The notes beneath the pieces are model-generated. The model saw only the letters and a program-made list of their open reading frames with translations, did no database searches and had not been told where the DNA came from. The position numbers were made by a program, and so were the translations under genes. From contig NC_057713.1 in assembly GCF_004010195.1 (NCBI RefSeq), positions 12,906,187 through 12,970,186 of the forward strand: a DNA stretch of 64,000 nucleotides, given 5' to 3'. How positions within the stretch are numbered: position 1 is the stretch's first letter; the number at the start of each line of letters is the position of its first letter. The DNA is from Chiloscyllium plagiosum (Eukaryota). Below, in pieces: positions 26,082 through 37,463 of this stretch.

Positions 26082-27466
26082 TAGTAGTTTTGAGAAGATT
26101 TGTAGCTCAAGTTGAGGTTCTGGATGTAGGTTTGATCACAGAGCTGGAAGGTTCATTTTCAGACATTAAATCACCATACTAGGCAACATCATCAGTGAGC
26201 TTCCAGATGAAGCACTGGGGGCATGGCCTGCTTTCTATTTACGTGTTTAGGTTTCCTTGGGTCAGTGACGTCATTTCATGTGGTGAAGGCATTTCCTGTT
26301 CTTTTTCTCAGGAGGCTGTAAATGGGATGTAAGTCATTGTGTTTGTTGCTAGAGTTCCGGTTGGAATGCCATGCTTCTAGGAATTCTCGTGCATGTCTCT
26401 GTTTGCCTTGTCCTAGGATGAATGTGTTGTCCCAGTTGAAGTGGTGTCCTTCCTCATCTGTATGTGAGGATACTAGTGAGAGTGGCTCATGTCTTTTTAT
26501 GGCTAGTTGATGTTCATGTATCCTGGTGGCTAGTTTTCTGCCTGTTTGTCCAGTGTAGTGCTTGTCACAGTTCTTGCAAGGTATTTCGTAAATGACAGTA
26601 GTTTTGCTTGTTGTCTGTATAGGGTTTTTCAAGTTCATTAGCTGCTGTTTTAGTGTGTCGGTGGGTTTGTGGGCTACCATGATGCCAAGAGGCCTGAGTA
26701 GTCTGGCAGTCATTTCCAAGATGTCTTTGATGTAGTGGAGAGTGGCTAGGGTTTCTGGACATGTTTTGTCTGCTTGTTAGGGTTTGTTGCTCAGAAATCG
26801 GCAGACTGTGTTCATTGGGTACCCGTTCTTCTTTGAATACACTGCGTAGGTGATTTTCCTCTGCTCTGCATTGTTCCTCTGTGCTGCGGTGTGTGATAGC
26901 TCGTTGAAATAATGTTCTAATGAAGCTTCAGACCTCTTGCTGTTATGGTAGCCCACCAACACACTAAAACTGCAGCTAATGAACTTGAAAGACCCTATAC
27001 AGACAACAAGCAAAACTAATGTCATTTACCTTGCAAGAACTGTAACAAACACTACATTGGACAAACAGGCAGAAAACTAGCCACCAGGATACATGAATGT
27101 CATCTAGCCACAAAAAGACAGACCTACTCTCACTAGTATCCTCACATACAGATGAGGAAGGACACCACTTTGACTGGGACAAGCCAAACAGAGACAAGCA
27201 CGAGAACTCCTTGAAACATGGCATTCCAACTGGAACTCTATCAACAAACACATTGACTTGGATCCCATTTACCACCCCCTGAGAAAAAGAACAGGAAATG
27301 CAGTCACCACAGGAAATGATGTCACCAACCAAAGGAAACCTAAACACAAATAGAAAATGGGCCATGCCACAGTGCTTCATCCGGAGGCTCACTGAGGATG
27401 TTACGTAGTATGGTGATGAAACATCTAAAAACGAACCTTCCAGCTCTGTGATCAAACCTACATCAA
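26082..27466. mobile_element. Penelope-like element with inverted duplication (GIY-YIG on both arms)
   Basis: VIYEIPCKNCDKHYTGQTGRKLATRIHEH (minus, 26276-26719); ~540-bp inverted copy at ~26925-27466; 12-bp TSD GCAAGTTGGTTT at 26070-26081 and 27467-27478. Confidence 0.9.
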
Positions 27467-27863
27467 GCAAGTTGGTTTATTTCCATTCTTTACCAAACTC
27501 TGACAATGGTTCTGAAATAGCATTAGATCTACATGCAAGTAATCTTTATAATTATATTTATTAGGCAGTTTAATATAGAGATCAGATTTTAGGAAAGGCA
27601 AATATTTCAAAAGACAGGGAGGTTTCTGGGTAATATTGATTATATGATGCTAATAAGTAGGGAAAGCTGCAGGGTTGATGGCAAATGGGAGTCACACAAA
27701 TGGTCGAGAAATTAATACAAGCCGTCAGATAAAAAAAGTTGCCTATTAAAATAAAAACAAAACAGCTTTATAATATCCAAAAATTCTTAAATGACCTGCA
27801 TTTGCAGAGCACCTCACTCAGTACATTCCAAAGCAAAGGGTCAGGTCTAGTGGGTACAAGAAC

Positions 27864-28025
27864 AAAAATTGCTGGAAAAGCTCAGAGGGTATTCTGAGGA
27901 AGATTCACCTGACCCAAAATATGAACTCTGATTTCTCTCCACAGATGCTGCCAAAGATGCTGAGCTTTTCCAGCAATTTCTATTTTTGTTTCTGATTTAC
28001 AGCATCTGCAGTTCTTCTGGTTTCT
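27864..28025. mobile_element. Palindromic PLE-terminus element (decayed)
   Basis: AATTGCTGGAAAAGCTCAG / CTGAGCTTTTCCAGCAATT inverted arms. Confidence 0.75.
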
Positions 28026-28214
28026 ATTAGGGTACAGTTTCAAGAAATAGTAGATATGCTGAATGGTTACAAGATTTAGGTGAACACTAATGGACAGCCA
28101 CATTGTTGAAGGTGCTGAGACATTTCATCAAATCTCGCTTCAAGGTGGATGCAAATAATTCCTTGATATTATGAAGAGATTGGGAATTCTTCCAATGTCC
28201 TGGCTAATAAGAGA

Positions 28215-29410
28215 TAGACACAGAAGTGATCCATTCAGCCCACTGAGTCTGCTTCACCTTTCAATGGGATCATGACTGATCTGATCATTTTCAACTGTCT
28301 TTCCCCATAAACCTGGGTTGCCTTACTGATTAAAATTCCTTTTCATGCTAGAATATACTTAAGGACACAATGTTGACAGTAAAGAATTCCACAGATTCAC
28401 TATCCTCTGAGAAACAAAGATGTTTCTCATCTTCAAATGAAACGGATTCTCTGAGATTATGCCCTCTGACCCAAGATTCTTCCACAATGGGAAACAGCTC
28501 CTACACACTTGCCCCTCATAACTTTATACAGTCATCTCTTATTTTTGTTATTTTAAACTCCCAAGTACAAGCCTAACCTATTCAAGATCTCTTCATAAGA
28601 AAATCATTCCCTTACCCAGAATCAACTCACTGACCTTCTCTGGATTGCCTCCAATGCCAATACAAAACTGTTCATAGAATTGTAGATGCGGTTTAACTTG
28701 AGCTTTATATAATTTTCGCAAAACAACCATACCTGTCCTCACATCTAAAATCAGTATCCTACTGATGTATGTGGGGGTCCTGCTTTGCATACATTGGTTG
28801 CCATGTTTCTTACATTACAGCATACCTCCATTTCAAAACTATTTCACTAACTGGAAATAAAGCAAGTAAGAAAAACAGACATTTTTATATAATACATTTT
28901 CAACACCCCTCGACACCTCAAGATACCTTTCAGCACTGAAGTACTTTTGAAGTGTAGTCATTATTTAAAACATAGGAAACAACAGATAATTTGTGCTCAG
29001 TGAGAGAGTTATAAAGTTATACAACACAGAAAAAGAGTTTCTCTTTGGTCCAACTCATCCACGCAGACCAGATATTCTACACTAATCTAGTCCTATTTGT
29101 CAGCATTTGGCCCATATCCTTCTAAACCCTTAATATTCATGTAGATGCCTTTTAAATATTGTAATTGTACCTGCCTCCACCACTTCCGCTGGCACTCAGT
29201 CCACACATTTACCACCCTCTGTGAAAAAGTTACCCTTCAATTTCTTTTTAAATCTTACTCCTGTCACATTAAACCTATGCCCCCTCGTTTTGGATTCCCC
29301 TACGCTGAGAAAAAAAGACTTTGGCTATTCACACTATCCATGTCTCTCATGATTTTATAAATCTCTATAAGGTCAGACCTCAGCCTCATATGCTCCAGGA
29401 CAAATAGTCC
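28215..29410 (-). mobile_element. CR1 fragments interleaved with Deu-SINE remnants
   Basis: LYKAQVKPHLQFYEQF; CR1 tail at 29010-29410. Confidence 0.7.
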
Positions 29411-29414
29411 TTAA

Positions 29415-29975
29415 TTTAACTTATTATATTCATGTGTACTTAAGTACAGTGAAAAGTTTTGTTTTGGATGCAGTACAGGCAGATCATACCATTCAAAGTG
29501 ATTAGAGTATAGAACTGAGCGAGGAATGTAATGTTACGGCATAAAGAGCAGGTCTAACATTTAAATTAAAAATATGAGAGATTATGTTCTGGAATCTGTT
29601 GGCTAATGTGTTTAAGCCTTTGTATCTTCTGTCCAACAGAAGATATTGGAAGAAATTATAACCGAGATGGGAGCAGTCTTTAATTATGTTGGCTGCCTTC
29701 CCAAGGCAGCCAGAAGTATAGATGCAGTCATTGGATGGAAGGTTGGCTTGCATGCTGGACTGGGCTGTGTTCTCAACTCTCACGAGTTTCTTATGGTCTT
29801 GGGCAGAGTAATTGCCATACCAAGCCATGATGTATCTGGATGGAATGCTTTCTATGGCGCATTGATAAAAATTGATAAGAATCTTTACAGACATGCTGAA
29901 TTTCCTTAACCTCCTGAGAAACTAGAAGGGTTGTTGTGCTTTCTTTACTGTAGCATCAACATGTGCGGACCATAT
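29415..29975 (-). mobile_element. Rex1/Babar LINE 3' fragment
   Basis: LINFYQCAIESI..IMAWYGN.SAQDHKKLVRV..TAQ, the Rex/Babar C-terminal motif. Confidence 0.85.
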
Positions 29976-30899
29976 TATCTATTGCCCACACTATCCTTCA
30001 AACTAATGCCATGAGATCTATTACAGCTACTTGAGTAGGCAGGTATGGTCTTGGCTTAACATCTCATACAAAAAACTGCATGTCCAACCACACACCATCC
30101 TCAAGAACTGCAACAGAGGGTCAGCCTTGTGTTTATTTTCTCTTAAGTCCTTCTGATGTCCTAAAATTGTGAGAAACATTCTCAAACCGATCCTTTTTAA
30201 TCGGCCTCACAATTGTTTTTACCTGCTTCTGCTGATCCAGCTGATTGGCAGATGCAATGCTAAAAGAAGCACGATGTTGGTATAAAGTTGTTATGACTTG
30301 ATTTGGCAGACTGTAATCTCTTCAGAATAGGAAAATAACCACTGTATTGAAGCAGCTGTTTTAACTACTTGTTGAGCCCACAGACGAGAGGGAGTTCACA
30401 TGGTTCCAACAATTTTTTAAAAGCGAGTACATTGGGAAGTGGAAATCACAGTCCAGTAATTTTTACATCAGAAGGTTCCACTAGATATTTGTAGTTTGGT
30501 CATTTGGAAAAGGCAGCAGTTATTAGAGAATTCCAACAGAGTTTGTGGAACTCGGCATCCACACTCACCAATGTAGTTCTTTTTTTAAAGTGGTTGAAAG
30601 TGATAGAAGGTGGTAGCCCTGTTAATAAGACCATAAACTATATGACATAATTAGGCCACTCAATCCTTTAGTCTGCTCCATCATTTGGTCACGGTTGATA
30701 TGTTTTTCAACCCCATACTCCTGCCTTCTCCCAGTAATCCTTGATCCTCTTACAATCAATGACTTGGTCTCTCAGCATTTTCTATGTTTCAATGAGATCC
30801 CCCCCATATCCTTCAGACTCCATTGAGGTCAGACCCAGAGTTCTCAAGCACTCCTCATATGACAAGCCCTTCATCTGCGGGATCATTCTTGTAAACTTC

Positions 30900-32690
30900 C
30901 AATGAGCTAAACTCTTTCAGTACAGCATTGGGATCTACCCGACAAAGTGGAAAATTGCCTAAGTTTGTCCCGTGGACGAAAAGCAGGACAAATTCAACCT
31001 GGTCAATTACTGCCCCAGTCTACTCTCAATCATCAGTAAAGGGATGGAAGATGTCATCAACAATGCTGTCACACAGCAACTGCTTAACAATAACTTGTTC
31101 ACTGGATAGCCAGTTTGGGTTTCATCAGGACTACTCAGCTTCTAACCTCATTACAGAATTGGTTCAAACAAAGGCCAAAGAGCTCAACTCCAGAGGCGAG
31201 GTGAGACTGACTGCCTTTGACATTTAGGCTGCACTCAACCTAGTGTGGCATCAAGGGACACTTGCAAAACTGGAATCAATGGAAATTAGGAGGCACTGGT
31301 TATAGTCATAGTTGGCACACAGGAAGATAGCCATTGTCATAGAGTCATAGAGATGTACAGCATGGAAACAGACCCTTCGGTCCAACTTTTCCATGCTGAC
31401 CAGATATCCCAACCCAATCTAGTCCGACCTGGCAGCACGTGGCCCATATCCCTCCAAACCCTCCTATCCATATACCCATCGAACTGCCTCTTAAATGTTG
31501 CAATTGTACCAGCCTCCACCACTTCCTCTGGCAGCTCATTCCATATACGTCCCACCCTCTGCGTGAAAAGGTCACCCCTCAGCTTCCAATGCTCCAGGGA
31601 GAACAGCCCCAGCCTGTTCAGCCTCTCCCTATAGCTCAAATCCTCCAACCCTGGCAACATCCTTGTAGATCTTTTCTGAACCCTTTCAGGTTTCACAACA
31701 TCTTTCGTTAGAAGCCAGTCATCTCAGCTTCAGGATATTTTTGCAGAGTTCCTTAGGGTAGTGTTCTAGGCCCAACTATCTCCAGCCACTTCATCAATGA
31801 CTTCCTCTTCATCATAAGGTCAGAGGTGAGGATGTTCGCTAAGGCAGTACAATGTTCATCATAATTCGCAATTCCTCAGTTACTGAAACAGTTAATGTTC
31901 AAATGCAACAAGACTTGGTTAATATCCAGGCTTGGGCTGGCAAGCACCAAATAACATTCATGCCACACAAATGCCAGGTAATGACAATCTCCAACAAAAG
32001 ACAATCTAACCACCACCTCTTTGATGTTTAATGGCATTACCATCACTGAATCCCCCATTATTAACACCCGGAGGGTCACCATTGATCAGAAAGTCAACTG
32101 GACTCACCATACACAGTGGCAACAAGGGCAGGTCACTGTGAGAAATACTAAAGCAAGAATCTCACCTCTGGACTCCCCAAAGCCTGTCCATTATCTACCA
32201 GTCACAAGTCAGGAGTGTGACGGGATACATCCCACTTGTCTGGATGGGCGCAGCTCCAACAACACTCGAAGTTGGACACTATCCAAAACAAAGCAGACTA
32301 TTTGACTGGCACTACATCCACAAGCATCCACTCCATCCAGCACCAACACTCACTAGCATCCAGAAGATGCACTGCAGAAATTCTCCAACATCCTTAGACA
32401 GCACCTTCCAAGCCCACAACCACTTCCATCCAGAAGGATAAGGACAGCAGATCCATGGGAACACCAGCAAGTTCCCCGCCAAGTCACTCACCATCCTGAC
32501 TTAGGAATGGTGATATGTTTATTTCACTGTTACTGGGTCAAAATCCTGCAATTACCTCCCTAACAGTAATGTGGAACCGCACATGGAATGCAATAATTCA
32601 AGAAGACAGCTCACTATCACCTTCCAGAGGGCAACTGGGGATGGGCAATAAATGACAGGCAGCGATGCCCACGTCATATAAGAGAATTAA
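30900..32690 (+). mobile_element. CR1/L2-group LINE interrupted by a younger CR1 tail (31337-31705, minus)
   Basis: QFGFHQDYSA..LTAFDI RT remnant; nested ERVQKR..WNELPEEVVEAGTI. Confidence 0.8.
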
Positions 32691-33012
32691 AAAAACATGT
32701 TGATCATTCATTTGAGCGCGAGCTCGATGTTGCAAGTGTTTTCAGTGCACCACAATGTACATGAGGTAGGATAAATCTATGCATATGCATATAGTGCCAT
32801 GGTACTGGCTTAAAGCTGTGGAACAGATTAGAGACCATAACAAATACAAATTAAGAGTTTGACGAATAGTTAGGACAGTTGAACACAAAATAAAAAATGC
32901 TATAGAAAATTGTGACAAACAGCACCTTGTATACAGCAACATCAAGAATTGTGCTGATAGCAAGGTGGAGAATACCCCAAGGACCATCAAAAGAATGACA
33001 CCCAATCTTAGA

Positions 33013-33202
33013 TGTGGAAGAGCTCGTGTTGGACTGGGTTGGACAAAGTTAAAAAATCACAGCACCAGGTTATAGTCTGACAGTTTTACTTGGAAGCACT
33101 AGTTTTCGGAGTGCTGATCCATCATCAGCACTCCAAAAGCTAGTGTTTCCAAATAAACCTGTTGGACCATAATCTGGTGTTGTGTAATTTTTAACTTTGT
33201 CC
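33013..33202. mobile_element. Palindromic PLE-terminus element
   Basis: Arms GGACAAAGTTAAAAA..CACCAGGTTATAGTC / GACCATAATCTGGTG..TTTTTAACTTTGTCC; TSD ACCCAATC(T/G)TAGA at 33000-33012 and 33203-33215. Confidence 0.8.
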
Positions 33203-34565
33203 ACCCAATCGTAGAACATTTGTGGACAGGCAAAAAAAACTTCCTCTTTTACATTTTTTAAGCTGCAAAAATATAGACTTCACAAAGGGTATATGATTGA
33301 GATCCTAGAAATGGTAAAGAAATAACCTCTATTTTTGATGGACAAGTTATTCATACTAAAGGCAGATGAGAATCAAAGTTACCAGCAAAACGAAGGAACA
33401 GATTGAGTAAGTGATTAGATTGCCAGTATGTGTAATGATCGTGGATTCACTGCAGAGTTGCAAATCAGAGCTGAAAACTTTGAGGAATAGAAGGTATGCT
33501 ATTACAGAAGATAGATGTGGCTACTTGTGATTAGTACCATCTGTTGCAGTGATCTTCTGAAGCTTTCTCCTGAAGTTTTCTAGAAGGTTCAAGGTGGAAT
33601 TCCCAGGATATTTTTCCTCTTCTTTGCCTATCTTAAAGAGAGCGTATAACTGTGGATTGGTGATGGCCTATGGAAATTGAATCATATTTGGTTTGATTTA
33701 AATGGTCTTCCATTATCAATGTCACCACTAACGTTATTCCATAACTATTCAAACATTACCAGCAGGGAATATCATCCGAAAACAGTATTTCCTCCAAAGC
33801 CTGAATGGAAACAGCAGCTCTTAGTCTCAAGTATTAAATGCTAAATGGACTCAAATCCCCAGCTATTACCTTAGTCCAGTGCTAGTTAGTTGATTGATGC
33901 TAAGTGAAAGTTAGTTTACCAACATTTTCAGGTGTTATAAAATAACTTTTGAGGTCCTCACCTGTTCCTGTGGAAAATAACATGATAGATCAGGGATCAA
34001 CTTTTGAATGTATGAGTGAATACATGTCACATTTAACAATATGCAAGGACATCACAATGATGTAAAAAATTGACATAGTATCTAACATCTACATCACAAA
34101 CCAGCAAATATGTTTTAAGACTTACTTGCCACTGATTCCACTGCAGCTATGAGGTCATGCTAATCAGGGCCTAGCAGCAATTGTTACAAATTGTCCAAAT
34201 ACAACTGTATTCCACAGATCTCTCATTTCCAATTTGGAGGAGGTCAGGAACTCAACTGACGAAGATTAAATAATCAGCGTCCCACTATCAAACAAAGAAC
34301 TAGGAAGTGTCCAACAACATTTTCAGACAGGAGCAGGAAGCCAGGGGATGAGAGTAGGAATTAATGAACATAGCGTGTTCATCTAATTTTCCTTATAAGT
34401 AGGTGAAAACTGCCACATTGAGACTATGAAAGCCTCACCCAAGACAGGCGTTTTGATTACTGACAGCAGCGATTTGTCATTTATTCTGGAACCAAAGATT
34501 AGAAGCGCTTGGACTGCAAAAGATTCAATTCCCAGTTGGAATGGCTGCAGTATTACGTACACTCA

Positions 34566-34736
<171 letters not shown>

Positions 34737-34989
34737 TTATATAAAATCATTTACATTTTAAAATATCTTAACATTATATCCAAAATGATTTTGCATTTAG
34801 TAAAAGTATATCCTAATAATCCAAAATATTGGTTTATGACACATAATATTAATTCATTTTAGTCTTAATCTCTCTCTCTCAAGTTCCTATTTGCAAATTT
34901 AGAACCATTTCCAATGTGAATCATCTAAAACTAGACGTTTTTAAATGTTTTCATGGGATGTGGGCATCACTGGCAGGGCATTTTGGGAA

Positions 34990-36870
34990 TGTGATAGTGT
35001 AGTGGTATTATCATCAGACTATTAATCCAGAAGACCAGATAATGTTCTCGAGACATGGGTTCAAATCCCATTATGGCAGATGATAAATGATAAACAAGTT
35101 TGGGAATTAGAAGTCTGGAATGATGACGATGCCCTTGACCATTGTCGATTGTCAGCAGGCCCATCTAATTCACTGATGTCCTTTCAGGAAGGACATCAGC
35201 TATTCTTACCTGGCCCAGCCTTCATGTGATTCCAGACCCAGTGCGACTGACTCTAAACTGCCCTCTGAAATGGCCTAGCAAGATGTAACAATCACTGCAA
35301 AACCTCAAAAAAGAAATGAAACCAGATGGACCACCTGACATCAACCTAGGCACCAAAACAACAGGGCAAAAAGTAGCCCTGAAGGCACTGCTTTGAGGGC
35401 TAGAGCCAAAATCGGAAAAGCTATCTTACAGACTTGTCAAGAAACAACTTGGCAAGTGGTTGATCCATCTCGGTCTCCTCCAGTGGTTCCCAACATTACA
35501 GTTACCAGACTTCAGGCCAACTAAATTCACTCCACGTGATATCAAGAAATGGTTGGAAGCACTGGATAGTGCGAATACTACAGGCAACAGTACTGGGGAC
35601 TTGTGTTCCAGAACATGCCGCATTCCGGCCATGCTGTTTCAATACAGCTACAACCTAACAATGTGGAAAATAGTCCATGCACACTAAAAAGCAGAACAAA
35701 TCCAATCCAGCCAATTACAGATGCATCGGTCTACTCTCGATCATCACTAACAGGATGGAAAGTGTAATCAATAGTGCTATCAGAAGTAACCTTCTCAGTG
35801 ACAACAAATTTCATTTCTGCTAGGGCCTCCAGATCCTGACTACATTACAACCTTAAAAATTCTCCACTGGTTGGTGTCATATCTGGAACACAGAGGATGG
35901 TTGTGGTTGCTGTTGATCAGTCATCTCGGCAGTCATCCCATTTCTACAGGAGTCCATCAGTGCAACCATCTCCAGCTGCTTCATCAATCACTTCCCTTCC
36001 ATTGTAAGGCCAGAATTGAGGAAATTTACCAATGGTTGCACAATGTTCAAAAACAATTGCAACTCCTCAGAAAATAAAGCAGGTCATGTCCAAAAGCAGC
36101 AAGACCTGAGCAATTTTCAGGCATGAGTTGTAAATTGACAAGCAACATTCACGACACACAAGTGCCAGACAATGACCACCTCCAATATGAGAGACTCTAA
36201 CCACCGCCCCTTGATATTCAAAGACATTACCATTATTGAATACCCCATTATCACCATACAGATGGGGTTATCATTGACCAGAAACTCAGCTGGACTAGTT
36301 ATATTAATACAGTCCTACAACAGTATGTCAAACTTAAGGTCACTGCTGTGAGTAACTCACCTTCCGCCTTTGCAAAGCTAATCCACTATCTACAATGCAC
36401 AAATTCGGAGTGTGACAGAATTTCCCCACTTGCCTGGATGAGTACAACTCCAACAACTCTCAAGAAGCTTGGCACCATCCAGAACAAAGCTGTCAGTTTG
36501 ACTGGCACCATATTCACAAACTACCACTCCTTCCACATCTGACGCTCAGTAGTGGCAGTGTGTACCAACTACAAGAAGCATTGCAGAATTTCACTAAAGC
36601 ACCTTCCAAACCCATGACTACTTCCACATAGAAGGACAAGGGCAGCAGATACAAGTTCCACCAAATGCAAGTCCTTCTCCAAACCATTCAATATCCTGAC
36701 ATCAGTTAAAATTATGAAATTCCCTCTCTAATGCTATTTCAGGTCCATCTACAAAATATGGACTGCAGTTGCTCAAGAGGCAGCTCACTATCACCTTCCC
36801 AAGGGCAAATGGTGATGTGCAATAAATACTGGCTGAGCCAGCAGCACCCATGTCTCAAGTAAACATTTAT
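34990..36870 (+). mobile_element. CR1/L2-group LINE remnant with tRNA-like 5' head
   Basis: Head TAGTGTAGTGGTA..GGGTTCAAATCCC, followed by endonuclease-start and RT remnants and the family 3' tail. Confidence 0.65.
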
Positions 36871-36974
36871 TTTAAAAAATCCTCATAGATGCCTCCAAAG
36901 TGCTATTCGTTCATCACTGACTTGGCCTTTGCTAAATAAAAAAATCTTCAATGTAAATTAAGTTAGATTACATG

Positions 36975-37295
36975 TAGTGAAAGGTGTGTTTTGGTGTAAT
37001 GACTGAGGTTTCATGGGTTCAAATCCTAGTGGATTTTAAAAAAAACATTAGTCTGGAATTGAAAGACTCAGTAATTATGCCATGAAACTAGCAACTATAA
37101 TTTTCATTTTAAAAAACTCTCATTTACCAAAATAATGCAGTCAAAGAAATCTGCCCTTCTTATCTGGTCTGGACTACAAGTGAATCCAGACCCACAACAA
37201 TGTGTTGATTCTTAACTGTCCTCTGAAATGTCTTAGCAAGCCACTCAGTTCAAAAGTGATTCAGGATGAATAACAAATGCTGTCCATAACCCATA
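36975..37295 (+). mobile_element. SINE-like derivative sharing head and tail with the preceding LINE
   Basis: GGGTTCAAATCC..AGTCTGGAAT..CCAGACCCA..CCTCTGAAATG..AGCAAG then the LINE tail. Confidence 0.55.
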
Positions 37296-37392
37296 AAGAA
37301 AAAGCAATTTAAACTTGTTTCATTACACAGATAAAAATATCCAAAACACAAAATATAATCAATTAAATGTTAAGGAACAATATTGAACTTAC

Positions 37393-37463
37393 TTTTCTGG
37401 ATTCTCTGGATGAGGTCGATATATCAGTCTTTCATCTACGGATACAAGGTTACTGAGTGTAAT
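37393..37463 (-). CDS. PRELID3A: PRELID3A coding exon 4
   Basis: ttttgttccag|ATT..GAA AA|gtaagt; [24 protein letters not shown]; 71 nt. Confidence 0.95.
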
